Part shown: one piece after another, positions 47,254 to 57,688 of the stretch
Position numbering within the stretch: position 1 is the stretch's first letter
How the letters are laid out: the number at the start of each line of letters is the position of its first letter
IMG/VR virus record: IMGVR_UViG_3300025674_000014
Source of the DNA: a virus
Taxonomy: Duplodnaviria; Caudoviricetes
DNA length: 64,000 nucleotides
Strand: one strand, 5' to 3'
Position numbers and translations under genes: made by a program
The notes under the pieces: model-generated
Databases searched by the model: none
What the model was told of the DNA's origin: nothing
What the model saw: the letters and a program-made list of their open reading frames with translations, nothing else

Positions 47254-48221
47254 TAGTAATAGTTAGTTAATATTAAACTTACATTAGTATTATTATTAGA
47301 ATAGGCGGAACCATTTTTATTTGTACCAATTGGTAACCCTAAAATCTTTTTACTTGCATTATCTATTATAATTTTAGGCGTTGCAACATTAGTTGAATTT
47401 GTTTGAGTTAACGTACCTAAAATTGTTTGTGTACCTGAAGTTAAACTTTGACTAAAAATAACCGAAAAATTTAAATTTGCATAACCGGCTAACATACCTG
47501 TACCTATTACTTTATTTTCACTCCAATATATAAAAATATTAAAATTACTTACTATTAATGGAGATACAGATTTATCTATACCTTGGGTCATTTCTATTTT
47601 AGTAGTAACTACATTTTCATAAGTTTTGTTAAACAAATATGTCCAATCGTAATCGTTTTGCCTTCCATCACTATAGCTTATTTTTTGAGCATTTTGAGCT
47701 GCGCCGCTACCTACTTTAGGGTTCCAGTAACTGTATTGATTGAAATAACCGGCGTTATTATCACCGACCCCTACCGTATTACCTGTTAAACTTGCTGGTT
47801 GAGGGTTGTTAAAATTTTCTGTAATTCTAGTTTTATACCAAGTAGCAGCTGAACCGGAAGCCATTAAAATATCCTCAGAAGCATTTGGCTCTGTATCACT
47901 AGTATAATCATACACTCTACCATATTGGTCAAATTTAAATGCAGCAACATCAGCTAAATTAACTGTTTGACCAGCTACTTTAGATGAAATTGGTATTTTA
48001 TCTCCGTTAATATAAGCATCAGGATTTATAAATTGTGTGTTAAATGGAATAGGAAATAAATTAGTATACTCTTTTAAATACTTACCAAACTCATCAAATG
48101 TTACATTTTTGTTGATATTTTCAACGTCAGTTTCGTCGACATCAACAAACGTAAGTACATCGGTTGGCTCGATTTGATCAGCGTTCGCATAATTTAATTC
48201 TGATATTTTTTTATTGGCCAT
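47253..48221 (-). CDS. probable virion structural protein
   Basis: The MANKKISEL N-terminus is typical of phage fibre or appendage proteins. Confidence 0.6.
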   Translation of the reverse strand: MANKKISELNYANADQIEPTDVLTFVDVDETDVENINKNVTFDEFGKYLKEYTNLFPIPFNTQFINPDAYINGDKIPISSKVAGQTVNLADVAAFKFDQYGRVYDYTSDTEPNASEDILMASGSAATWYKTRITENFNNPQPASLTGNTVGVGDNNAGYFNQYSYWNPKVGSGAAQNAQKISYSDGRQNDYDWTYLFNKTYENVVTTKIEMTQGIDKSVSPLIVSNFNIFIYWSENKVIGTGMLAGYANLNFSVIFSQSLTSGTQTILGTLTQTNSTNVATPKIIIDNASKKILGLPIGTNKNGSAYSNNNTNVSLILTNYY

Positions 48222-48230
48222 TTATATTAT

Positions 48231-50369
48231 TTAATTAACGGTTTCTGATATAACAGCAAACTCTTGAATAAGATAATCTCTATCATCTTCACTATCTTCT
48301 AAAACAAAATGAGAGTCAATAATAGATGGCCATGTTTCTAACATTATACCATTATTATCAGATGCAAGATATATTGTCTGTCTTGGAGGTTGTTCAACAT
48401 TAGATTGAAATAATTTTAATAATAAACTTTGTAATTTATATACTTCACCTAAAACTCTATTTACAACAGCTCTAGAAAATATTTCATTAGTACCAATATA
48501 ATTATTCATACTAGTTTGATAACCGGTAATGTTTAAATCATCTTCGGAAAAATATGTAACACCGGTAAATTCAAAACTTTCATCCCTTAGTAATTTAGAA
48601 TTTATTTTTCTATAGATAAAGTTTCTTAGTTGTAGAGTATTCTTTAAAATTTTGTTAATAGACTTATTATAAGCAAAACTAGAAGCAAATTCTTCTTTCT
48701 TAAGATGTAATTCATCTTTGCTAAAAATTTGAAAGTTATAATCAGATAACAAATTAAAATAAAATTCATCTTCTTCAAATACAAATATTATACCTCTTCC
48801 ATTATTATTACTATAAGCATAAATTACATCTTTATTATCTACAGTCTCTATAAGGTTAAAAAATTTATAACTAATATCAGAACTAGTAATGTTATAATTT
48901 GATAGATTAAATTTACCTATGATAACTTCTGTATCAGTAAAATATTTGTATATATTTTTTCTAGTTAATGCATAAAAGTTATTATTAATAGGAGATATTA
49001 TTAAATCTAAAAATTCATCAGTATTATTAACTGATATATCTTTTTGTCTTAATAAATTTAGATCAAAATCAAATACTAATAATGTACCATTAGCAGTTAA
49101 CCAATAAAAATTATCATTAAAAATCTTAATTGCAACAGGAGGGTAAATTTTATAAGTAGCTGCTTTTCTCAAATTTTTAACAAACCCTAAATCTTTATCA
49201 TAAACTTTAATACATTCATTACCTTGATCTAAAACATAAAGATTGTTTTTGTAAAAATCTAAAATTTTCGGTTTATCGAATGAATAATTACTTCTTACTT
49301 CCCCTTCACCGCCTATGATTTCAGTTTCGTAATATTTGTTATTTCTATGATCGTCATGAGTAGTAAAACCAGATATGTTTAGTCTAACAACGTTATTTCT
49401 ACTTTCATCTGATATGTATAAACTATCTTGATAAACTGCTGATCCATTTATCTTTAAGAAGTTAAGTTTATTATTTTCACCATACGTATCAGTATAACCA
49501 GCAAATACAAATTCATTAGTAGTTGTGTTGGAACTCAATGATTGTATTCTAGTATCAGAACATAAAAATATATTTTTAAATCCAGGTAAGTTAGCTCTAC
49601 TTAAACTTAAATTATTTGCCTGGTCAAAGTTAGAAGGGTTATTTTTTACTTTACTCGGGGATGTACTGTTGTTGGTAAAAACTATTGGGCTTTCTCCTTG
49701 TATTACCGTGCAAACAATATTATCGCCAAATAAATGAGTGTAAGTATCTGTAGATCTATTACCGAAAAAGGTACCTCCATTTTCTCTAGTCGAAAAAACT
49801 AATTCAAATTTAGACTCATTGTAAGAGGCTAATAAATTTTGTTCTATTAAAATTTCAACAACTCTTTTAGATGATAGATCATCACCGTTATACTCACCAG
49901 ATAAATCTATAATATAATTTACCCCTACAGGTAAAAAGTCTACTTCAGGGTTATAAACATTATTATATGTAAAAATTATATTGATAGTAGTACCGTCATA
50001 ATTAGTCAAATAAAAATAAGGTATTAAATTTGCTATTACATTACCATCACTATCAAATTTCAATCCAGATCTAAAAAAATTACCTTTTAAGTAAACAGAC
50101 ATTACTTTACCTAAATTATTATTTTCACTACTACCTAACCAACCTTTATAATTTTTTGGTAAGTCGGGATTTGCAAATTTAGAAACAGAGTAAAGATACA
50201 TTAAGTTAGATTGTAAAAAATCTAAACTTTTATTAAAATTAAATCCGTTAGCTAATTCATTTACCCCAAGTTCGACATCTTTTAATTGATAAGGTAAATC
50301 AATAATAGAACTTAAACTTCTATTAAACGAATAATTATAATTTTCAAATTCTGTTGAAATATTAATCAT
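48231..50369 (-). CDS. structural protein with NHL-like beta-propeller
   Basis: LYISDESRNNV and LYVLDQGNECIKVYD repeats. Confidence 0.6.
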   Translation of the reverse strand: MINISTEFENYNYSFNRSLSSIIDLPYQLKDVELGVNELANGFNFNKSLDFLQSNLMYLYSVSKFANPDLPKNYKGWLGSSENNNLGKVMSVYLKGNFFRSGLKFDSDGNVIANLIPYFYLTNYDGTTINIIFTYNNVYNPEVDFLPVGVNYIIDLSGEYNGDDLSSKRVVEILIEQNLLASYNESKFELVFSTRENGGTFFGNRSTDTYTHLFGDNIVCTVIQGESPIVFTNNSTSPSKVKNNPSNFDQANNLSLSRANLPGFKNIFLCSDTRIQSLSSNTTTNEFVFAGYTDTYGENNKLNFLKINGSAVYQDSLYISDESRNNVVRLNISGFTTHDDHRNNKYYETEIIGGEGEVRSNYSFDKPKILDFYKNNLYVLDQGNECIKVYDKDLGFVKNLRKAATYKIYPPVAIKIFNDNFYWLTANGTLLVFDFDLNLLRQKDISVNNTDEFLDLIISPINNNFYALTRKNIYKYFTDTEVIIGKFNLSNYNITSSDISYKFFNLIETVDNKDVIYAYSNNNGRGIIFVFEEDEFYFNLLSDYNFQIFSKDELHLKKEEFASSFAYNKSINKILKNTLQLRNFIYRKINSKLLRDESFEFTGVTYFSEDDLNITGYQTSMNNYIGTNEIFSRAVVNRVLGEVYKLQSLLLKLFQSNVEQPPRQTIYLASDNNGIMLETWPSIIDSHFVLEDSEDDRDYLIQEFAVISETVN

Positions 50370-53300
50370 CTTTTTCCCAAACTATTTTGTTAAGTTTTGT
50401 ATTAGCAGGTAAAACTTTATAAATGCTTGAAACTATTTCTTCACTAATATCATCTTGTAAAGGTTTATCTGTTATACCTGTATCTTGAATAGATATATTT
50501 ACCAGGTTACTCTTTCTACCAGGTAATTTATTTTTGAAAAATCTGTCAATTGTTTCAACATAATTCCTTTTACCTGTTGGTATTTCAAAATGTAAGTCTT
50601 GTATTTTATATTTACTTCTCACTATGTTTGCTATATCGTATAGATATAACGGTGTGTTATACATATAAAAATCTTTTAGCTTAAAGCTACCGTAGTTGTA
50701 ATAATTTACATCGTTAAGATTATCATTAAGTTTATTATTACCATAACTTGCTTCTGTACCAATATAAATTGAATTATCAAAGATAGTACCAAAACTATAT
50801 TTACCAGATTCAAAAGCATACTTATCTACTGATTTGCCATCAATATAAAATTGAAACAAACCATTAGTTGTATCAAATGTTACTGTAAAATTATGATAAC
50901 CTGGTGAAAGATTTGATAATGGGTAAGTTAAAGTTGCAGTTTCAAAAGTCTGAACATCGTAAATATTAGGTAACTTTATTTTACAGGTTATATTTTCACC
51001 ATTATCAAAATTATTTCTTAGATAATCATAATTATTAATGTTATAATTTTTTAAGAACCCGGTCTCAATATTAGATGTTATACCGGTTAAAGTATTTGAA
51101 CTATTTTCTAAACTATCATCTACTCTAGAATAAACTAATTTACCATCTGTATTATTAGAGCTAAGACTTATAATAGATAAAAGATTGTTAATTTTCTCTT
51201 TACCGTAAAATTCATCAATAATATCGATACCTTTACCTACACTATTTTCAAATCCAGTTACTGAAGATAACATTACAATTTTAGATCCACCGAATCCAAT
51301 TTGATTATCTAATTTATCTATAACTGCAATTTTGTTATTATCGTAAATGCAATATAATGAACCATCTTCAATAAAGACGTAATCGTTTATATCAGCATCA
51401 ATCTTTATACCTATGTTTGTTGTTGCTATATCATAATAGAATAAATTGTTAGAGTTAATATAGTATATTTCATTGTTGTAAATTTTAGGATTATAACCAG
51501 ATAGTAAAAATACCGAACTATCTTTTACAACAATACTTTGAGGATCACCACCACTTATATCGACAATTTTATAATTTAAATTATTATTTTGTTCATATGT
51601 AAGTGTGTTACAATCAACTCTATACCAATCATTGTTAATTAATACGAATGAAAAATTACCATAACTATAAAAGCTTTTATCACTGCTTGTTTTTAAGAAT
51701 GGTAAAAATCTTTTATCTAATGTAGTACCAATATAGCTATATTTTGTAACATAACCTTCACTATCAAAGACTAAAAATATACTATTAGGTTCAAATCTTT
51801 GTACGCTAGTTATATTATTTTCAGTTGTAATTGTTCTTATAACTGACCCTTGAGTGTTAAAAAGATAAACTTTATTACCTTCAAAAGCTACTGAATGGGG
51901 TGTTATTTTTCTATAATTAAAAATCCCGAACCCTTTATTAGTATAATTACCAATTATTTGGGATCCGAAAGGTAAGTTCCAGTTTTCATTACTAATATCA
52001 ACGGATAAACTAAAATTATCAAAAGGCGAAACAGAATCTAATGGTTCTGATAATACTTTAGCAAAATAATTACTATCAAAAATTATCTCATTTTCATATA
52101 CTTTTCTATCATATGTAATTGTAAAATAATAATCAATATTGTTAACAATAAGATTTGATGATAATGAATCAACAAATAATTTACTATTTTCATTACCTAC
52201 ATGATGATAAGCATATAACGCCCCTTTTTCAAAAGTTAAATTACTCGTAACATCATATAAATCGTAAACATTATTATTGTTATTTGTAATTTGAGATAAA
52301 CTTTCAAAATCAGTTTGAAGTAAAACATTATAAGGATTTACACCAACTAAAGCATCTATATAACTTAACTTTGATGGGTTATAATATCTATCTAACCAAA
52401 CACCTTCATCATTAATATCATTTCCACCAGATAACCAAGAGCAAAGATAAGCATTAGTTTGTGTATCTGAAACCCCTCCAAAAGGTGAGCTATATTTGTA
52501 ATTGTTAAGCTTCTTAAAAATTTTATCAGAGTAGTACGGGTTATCGCTTGAAGTAGCTCCAGATATAGCTAAACTACTATCATTAATATTAAGTTTTTCA
52601 TACGGATATATATTATATGGCATATGAAAATAAGTTAATGCATCACTTTTAAAAGTTTTAGTTAAAGTGTAACTACTATATCCTAAACCAATATTTGAAT
52701 TACCTTTTTCTTGTTTTACACCGGTAAATAAATTTTCGTAATATCTATGTTTAAAAGAAGGCTGATTTAAAAATACACCTCCTTGTGATTGGGTGTTTTC
52801 TACTGTCTTTTGATTTTTTAAGTTAAGTATGTTTAAATTTAAATTTCTATTCAAATATGGGTCTATAGAATAATACTCATTATTGAAAAGATAATTAGTA
52901 TCAAAATCATATGTACTTTTTTCTTCATCAACAATAATTTTAGTATTATCTAAACTTTGTTTATATGTATAATTAGAAGTAGAAATTATATCGTTTAAAG
53001 TAGATGTGTTAACTCTTAATTTAAACAATTCAAAATTCTTAAATGGTTGTACTCTATTATTTGAAGGAGGTAGTTTAAATGATAGAGAGTTGGTTTCTTG
53101 AGAAACATATAAGTATTGAGTTTTATCGTAAATCTTTTTACTGAAAGAAATTACGTTATTATTTCTATCATAAACATATTGAAAGGTATTGATATCATTA
53201 TTACCAATAGCATCATAACCAGTTAACATTATAATTTCAGAGTTAACATAATTGTATGATAAGTATCTTACTAAATTACCTTCTGTATGTTTAATTTTAC

Positions 53301-53694
53301 AATTAAGATTATCTATAAAAAATATTTCAAAGAATGATTTGTTATCTGAATAGTCTGCAAAGGTTAATTGAGTTAATGGATTTTTACCTGCAGGAATTGC
53401 AGATAAATACATGCTAGTTGATTCAGATATAATATAGGATGTAAAGGTATAATTTTCTGGTACATCTAATATATCAACTGATAAGAAGTCATTGTAATTG
53501 AAATCATCAGATAGAAAGAAAGAGGAATAATTGTTTATCGTAGTATCTTTTGTACCAGATAAACAATTATCCAATGTTAAATCAAACCCATGATAGCTAT
53601 TACGATTAGTGTTTTTAAAACTAACGTTGTTGTCTAACTCATAAGTTGCACTTAAACTTGCAAATGTGGAACTATTAAGTACCTTTACTTCCAT
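50362..53694 (-). CDS. large structural protein with LamG/ConA-like domain
   Basis: C-terminal YHNFTVTFD..G.FQFYIDG...IYIG...FYMYNTPL. Confidence 0.65.
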   Translation of the reverse strand: MEVKVLNSSTFASLSATYELDNNVSFKNTNRNSYHGFDLTLDNCLSGTKDTTINNYSSFFLSDDFNYNDFLSVDILDVPENYTFTSYIISESTSMYLSAIPAGKNPLTQLTFADYSDNKSFFEIFFIDNLNCKIKHTEGNLVRYLSYNYVNSEIIMLTGYDAIGNNDINTFQYVYDRNNNVISFSKKIYDKTQYLYVSQETNSLSFKLPPSNNRVQPFKNFELFKLRVNTSTLNDIISTSNYTYKQSLDNTKIIVDEEKSTYDFDTNYLFNNEYYSIDPYLNRNLNLNILNLKNQKTVENTQSQGGVFLNQPSFKHRYYENLFTGVKQEKGNSNIGLGYSSYTLTKTFKSDALTYFHMPYNIYPYEKLNINDSSLAISGATSSDNPYYSDKIFKKLNNYKYSSPFGGVSDTQTNAYLCSWLSGGNDINDEGVWLDRYYNPSKLSYIDALVGVNPYNVLLQTDFESLSQITNNNNNVYDLYDVTSNLTFEKGALYAYHHVGNENSKLFVDSLSSNLIVNNIDYYFTITYDRKVYENEIIFDSNYFAKVLSEPLDSVSPFDNFSLSVDISNENWNLPFGSQIIGNYTNKGFGIFNYRKITPHSVAFEGNKVYLFNTQGSVIRTITTENNITSVQRFEPNSIFLVFDSEGYVTKYSYIGTTLDKRFLPFLKTSSDKSFYSYGNFSFVLINNDWYRVDCNTLTYEQNNNLNYKIVDISGGDPQSIVVKDSSVFLLSGYNPKIYNNEIYYINSNNLFYYDIATTNIGIKIDADINDYVFIEDGSLYCIYDNNKIAVIDKLDNQIGFGGSKIVMLSSVTGFENSVGKGIDIIDEFYGKEKINNLLSIISLSSNNTDGKLVYSRVDDSLENSSNTLTGITSNIETGFLKNYNINNYDYLRNNFDNGENITCKIKLPNIYDVQTFETATLTYPLSNLSPGYHNFTVTFDTTNGLFQFYIDGKSVDKYAFESGKYSFGTIFDNSIYIGTEASYGNNKLNDNLNDVNYYNYGSFKLKDFYMYNTPLYLYDIANIVRSKYKIQDLHFEIPTGKRNYVETIDRFFKNKLPGRKSNLVNISIQDTGITDKPLQDDISEEIVSSIYKVLPANTKLNKIVWEKDD

Positions 53695-53721
53695 TTAAAA
53701 TATTTAATACAGAAGCATCAT

Positions 53722-56325
53722 TTAGTTTTCTCTTCTATCTTCAGCTTTGTAATATTCAAACCTTTCATGATAGCAAGGAGTTGCTAATAGAATTGCAGGT
53801 TTAATATGTCCCTTAACTGTTTGCTGATAAATGTATGACATCCAAGTTTGTTCAAACGGTGCTGCCCATTTCTCTTCAAGGAACATCTTCTTATTACCTT
53901 CTTTTGAAACTAACTGAGGCCAGTTACAATAGAATACCTCTCCATCAATGTAAGGTAAACCGTCCATATTGTAAATATGATTGTATTTAACTAATGGAGC
54001 GTTAGGATCTAAACCGTTAGCCGGTAAATATTTCTTTTCTGGCCATACTTGCTCTCTCAGTTCTTGAGGTACATTATACCAAGACCATTGAGTACGATTA
54101 TCTCCAAAGAATTCAGTAAAGCAGAATTTAAGCAAATCAAATCCATGCTTTTCCATAATCTTGTGAGTCTTATCAAACAAGTTAGGTATATATCTTCTAA
54201 AACCACTTTCACAATAACCAACTTCTTTATCGTGAATATACATATCATCTTCAAGAAAGATATAATAATCACCGTCTGTCTTGTCAAAGTGTTCGGCTAC
54301 CCACTGTCTACCTCCGCAAATACCGATATTATCTCGTTTATGCTCTGTAAAATTATAAAGATCAAAAATAGCTTCATAATCAGCATCAGTAGATCTATCA
54401 GTCGAATTATTCAATACAACTTTTTCACATTTCTCAAACCATTTATCAGTAGTTGACCAATTTTCACAAAGTCTTAAGAATTGAGCAGGTGAATTATAAG
54501 TGATCACGTAAAGATATGTCTTAAGATCTTCAATAGGTCTAGTTTTTCTCGTCGTGATTAACTCAACGGTATCATTTTTTAGATGCTCAAAGAAACATTC
54601 AAACAGACCGTCATCTCTGATCATGGTTCTGTCTACTAAATCTTCATGTTTGTAAGTCAAAATAGTGAATACACTCTCTTCTGTACCCATTTGACCTTCA
54701 TCTAATGAATTTTTTAAGTAATCGTAGTAAAGACTATTAACTTTTGGTATATAATCCTTATGACCACCAAATACACCTGCTCTTGCAACGCGGGTTGTCT
54801 TATCTACATTACAATATGTGCGTAATCTTTCATGATCAAAGCCATGAATTTCATAATTTTCGTACGGAAAACATACGAATAAAAATTTCTGCAAGTAATG
54901 ATGAATTTTATTAATAACTTTATCGTGAGTAAAGTACCCTTGATGAACTGTACTAGTAATACCACCATCAACCCATAAGAAATAATCGGTATTAAATGGA
55001 TTTGAAATAGCAGCATCATTGAGTAAAAACATCTTACTCATTACCATTGGATTATACAGTTCTAACCCAGCCTGAGTACTCTCTGCGAGCCAGGATGCTT
55101 TGTTATACCAGTCTGGGTTAGAACGAATCTCTTGTACTTTGTCGTAGAATTCAAACCAAGTTTTAAACTCCTCAGCTTCTTTAATAATAACACTAGTGTT
55201 ATCCCTACTTCTACGCTCCCATACGAAATCTTCATGTGCTTTTCCGATAAAAATAATCATCGGAGCATCAGTTTTTAATAGTTCATCAAATTTATCTAGA
55301 TAATGTTGGAATGGTCTATTAAACCCTCCCTCCATTTCTCCACGTTTAAGGTCCCAAATACCAGTCACTATAGTCGTTTTAGAAGGTCCTTCGTTAGATA
55401 TTGTTCTCTTTGGTTCTTCTTTGTCTTCTACTATAGTTCCATCTTGGAAATAATCACCTTCTTCAACGTTTTCAGGTACATCTATAAAGTTACCATCGGC
55501 ATCGTTTCTAAAACCATTACCTTCAACGCAAAGGCCAAGTTTTTCAACCTCAACCCAACGTCTATTTGTCTTAAATTTCTCAATCTCACTACTATGGAAA
55601 GCCATAATATCACAACCTTCCTGATTAGTAAGAATGTAACCTGCAGCAATTAACCTATCAAATAGTTTAACTAACTTATCTTCTTCATTATTGAATAACT
55701 CAAACTTAATTACTTTAGGTAAGTATTTTTCTAAAGTAAATCCTAAAAACACTTCATAATCAAAACCTTCTGTATCAACTGTACAGAAATCAATCTTTTC
55801 AATACCGTGTTTTTCTAATAGTGAATCAGCAGTAACTACATCTACTTCAATAAGATCACCGTGTTCTTCAAGTAATGCTTTAGTTTCAGCATCTGTTTCA
55901 AAGCCATTTTTAGGTGGTATAAAAGAACCCATACCTACAATAGCTTCATGTAAACCATCTGATTCAATCTTACTCCATGGAATGTAACACATTAGCTCTT
56001 TTCGTTCAGTATCTGAAACAGCTACATTCTCCGTAATACAACCTTCTGGTAATTCAGTGGTTACATACTTTGTAAGTGCTTTAAATGCATCAGGTATTGG
56101 TTCAACGAACATACCTCTCCATTTATATGTTACCATATATGCAGAAATAGTATCATGAAAAGTACCATCACAAGAACCAATCGATAGATTGAACATAGGG
56201 TCGCCTTTTCGACCATAGTGATGCAAAATTATATCATAAATTCTCTCGACTTGCCAGGTGTTGAATTTTGTTGAAATTCTACCTTCATAGTCATCCCCTA
56301 CTATATGATTGTGAATATTACTCAT
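53722..56325 (-). CDS. fusion of FkbM methyltransferase, HtrL/WlaTC glycosyltransferase and GT-A domain
   Basis: FkbM: IGSCDG, FVEP, VDTEGFD. HtrL: TIVTGIWD, NPFNTDYFLWVDGG, GVFGG, MGTEES. GT-A: YYIFLEDD. Confidence 0.8.
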   Translation of the reverse strand: MSNIHNHIVGDDYEGRISTKFNTWQVERIYDIILHHYGRKGDPMFNLSIGSCDGTFHDTISAYMVTYKWRGMFVEPIPDAFKALTKYVTTELPEGCITENVAVSDTERKELMCYIPWSKIESDGLHEAIVGMGSFIPPKNGFETDAETKALLEEHGDLIEVDVVTADSLLEKHGIEKIDFCTVDTEGFDYEVFLGFTLEKYLPKVIKFELFNNEEDKLVKLFDRLIAAGYILTNQEGCDIMAFHSSEIEKFKTNRRWVEVEKLGLCVEGNGFRNDADGNFIDVPENVEEGDYFQDGTIVEDKEEPKRTISNEGPSKTTIVTGIWDLKRGEMEGGFNRPFQHYLDKFDELLKTDAPMIIFIGKAHEDFVWERRSRDNTSVIIKEAEEFKTWFEFYDKVQEIRSNPDWYNKASWLAESTQAGLELYNPMVMSKMFLLNDAAISNPFNTDYFLWVDGGITSTVHQGYFTHDKVINKIHHYLQKFLFVCFPYENYEIHGFDHERLRTYCNVDKTTRVARAGVFGGHKDYIPKVNSLYYDYLKNSLDEGQMGTEESVFTILTYKHEDLVDRTMIRDDGLFECFFEHLKNDTVELITTRKTRPIEDLKTYLYVITYNSPAQFLRLCENWSTTDKWFEKCEKVVLNNSTDRSTDADYEAIFDLYNFTEHKRDNIGICGGRQWVAEHFDKTDGDYYIFLEDDMYIHDKEVGYCESGFRRYIPNLFDKTHKIMEKHGFDLLKFCFTEFFGDNRTQWSWYNVPQELREQVWPEKKYLPANGLDPNAPLVKYNHIYNMDGLPYIDGEVFYCNWPQLVSKEGNKKMFLEEKWAAPFEQTWMSYIYQQTVKGHIKPAILLATPCYHERFEYYKAEDRREN

Positions 56326-57670
56326 TATAAATTCCGTTCGTTATTTCATGTTTTGAGTGAGGTAAGTGGATAGGGTGTGGACCAATTCTATCTAACCAAC
56401 CTTTGCTAGCGCTGTGAGGTAACACAGCCCATGATTTAGGTTCTTTTTCACTGCAGAACTTCAAAAAGAAACTTGCAGCATCTTTGGCACATTCTTCATC
56501 AATACGCCATCTACCTAAGTCTTCTCTAAAAATTTCTTCACCATCTGCATCATGAGCTGTACAACACCAGAAATCACAATCAGCATGATCAGGTGTTGTG
56601 ATATCTGCATTAGCTATCCAAATATCTACACACCAGTTCCTACCAAATGCATTCTCCCAATCTTCTTTAGATGCAAATATTTCTGGATTATCTTTATAAT
56701 TAGGTGTTGGTGGCTCGTTTAACTGAGGCCAAGTATACTCCATAACACCTCTTCTATCGAATTTGATACCTGTATAACATTCAAACTCTTCTAAAGTACG
56801 TTCAGTACCGAAACCATACTTACCAAAGTCAAATGTTTGTTCTGTTTCATCCATTCCAAATAAAGTTCTGTTTCTGAAATGACACGCATTATTAACAGAT
56901 GACCAACCATAACTACTACCTGAATCTACATCATGGTCATCCCAATGTTTATCTCTTCCCTCTCTAGTATATTCATGCCAAGCAATAAGCTTATGAGGGT
57001 GAAATAGATCATAACCATGGGTAAATGCTCTTGCTGCAATGCTAATCTCTTCTCCATGAAAATAATAATCAGGATCGTGAGGTATCTCAGTACAAAACTG
57101 ACCTAAGGTAAAACAAAAATGAGCAGAATAAAATCTGGATCTCATTGGTTCGGTTCTAACTCTATAATTAGGCATTGTAGCTGGTATAAAGAAAATAGCA
57201 CCTTCTGGAATAAATCTATCAAATTCCATAAACCAAGGATCGTTTTCTCTACCATCGGGGTCATTATGAGGTTTATATGAAGGTAAATATGCAGTAAGTA
57301 AAGGTTTCTTATGACCTTTCTTTTGTAATTGTTTTACCATATCAATGCACAAGGTATCCCAACCTTCTGCAAACCTGTGATGTGAATCTAGCTGAAGGGT
57401 ATATGTTTCGCCTTTATATTCATTCTGAACAATATTTCTAGCCCAACATACACCTCTGGCTTCTTTCCAATCTACATCGATAATTCTAAATCGTGGGTCG
57501 TTTTCAAACTCTGGAATTTCATCAAACGTATCACCTGGCTTAAATTGTCTACAAATACCAAATCTTAAATTCTCTGGTTTATTTGCATTATTAATACAGT
57601 CGTGTAACGTTTTAGGTAATTCTGGGTCTCTATACGAAGCAATTTGTATAAAAATAGTTTCTTCTTTCAT
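56318..57670 (-). CDS. GT60-like GlcNAc-transferase (PF11397) plus C-terminal domain
   Basis: IFIQIASYRDPE, GVCWAR, QLDSHHRF and FHGEEIS. Confidence 0.85.
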   Translation of the reverse strand: MKEETIFIQIASYRDPELPKTLHDCINNANKPENLRFGICRQFKPGDTFDEIPEFENDPRFRIIDVDWKEARGVCWARNIVQNEYKGETYTLQLDSHHRFAEGWDTLCIDMVKQLQKKGHKKPLLTAYLPSYKPHNDPDGRENDPWFMEFDRFIPEGAIFFIPATMPNYRVRTEPMRSRFYSAHFCFTLGQFCTEIPHDPDYYFHGEEISIAARAFTHGYDLFHPHKLIAWHEYTREGRDKHWDDHDVDSGSSYGWSSVNNACHFRNRTLFGMDETEQTFDFGKYGFGTERTLEEFECYTGIKFDRRGVMEYTWPQLNEPPTPNYKDNPEIFASKEDWENAFGRNWCVDIWIANADITTPDHADCDFWCCTAHDADGEEIFREDLGRWRIDEECAKDAASFFLKFCSEKEPKSWAVLPHSASKGWLDRIGPHPIHLPHSKHEITNGIYNE

Positions 57671-57688
57671 AGCATCCTGTTATTATGT

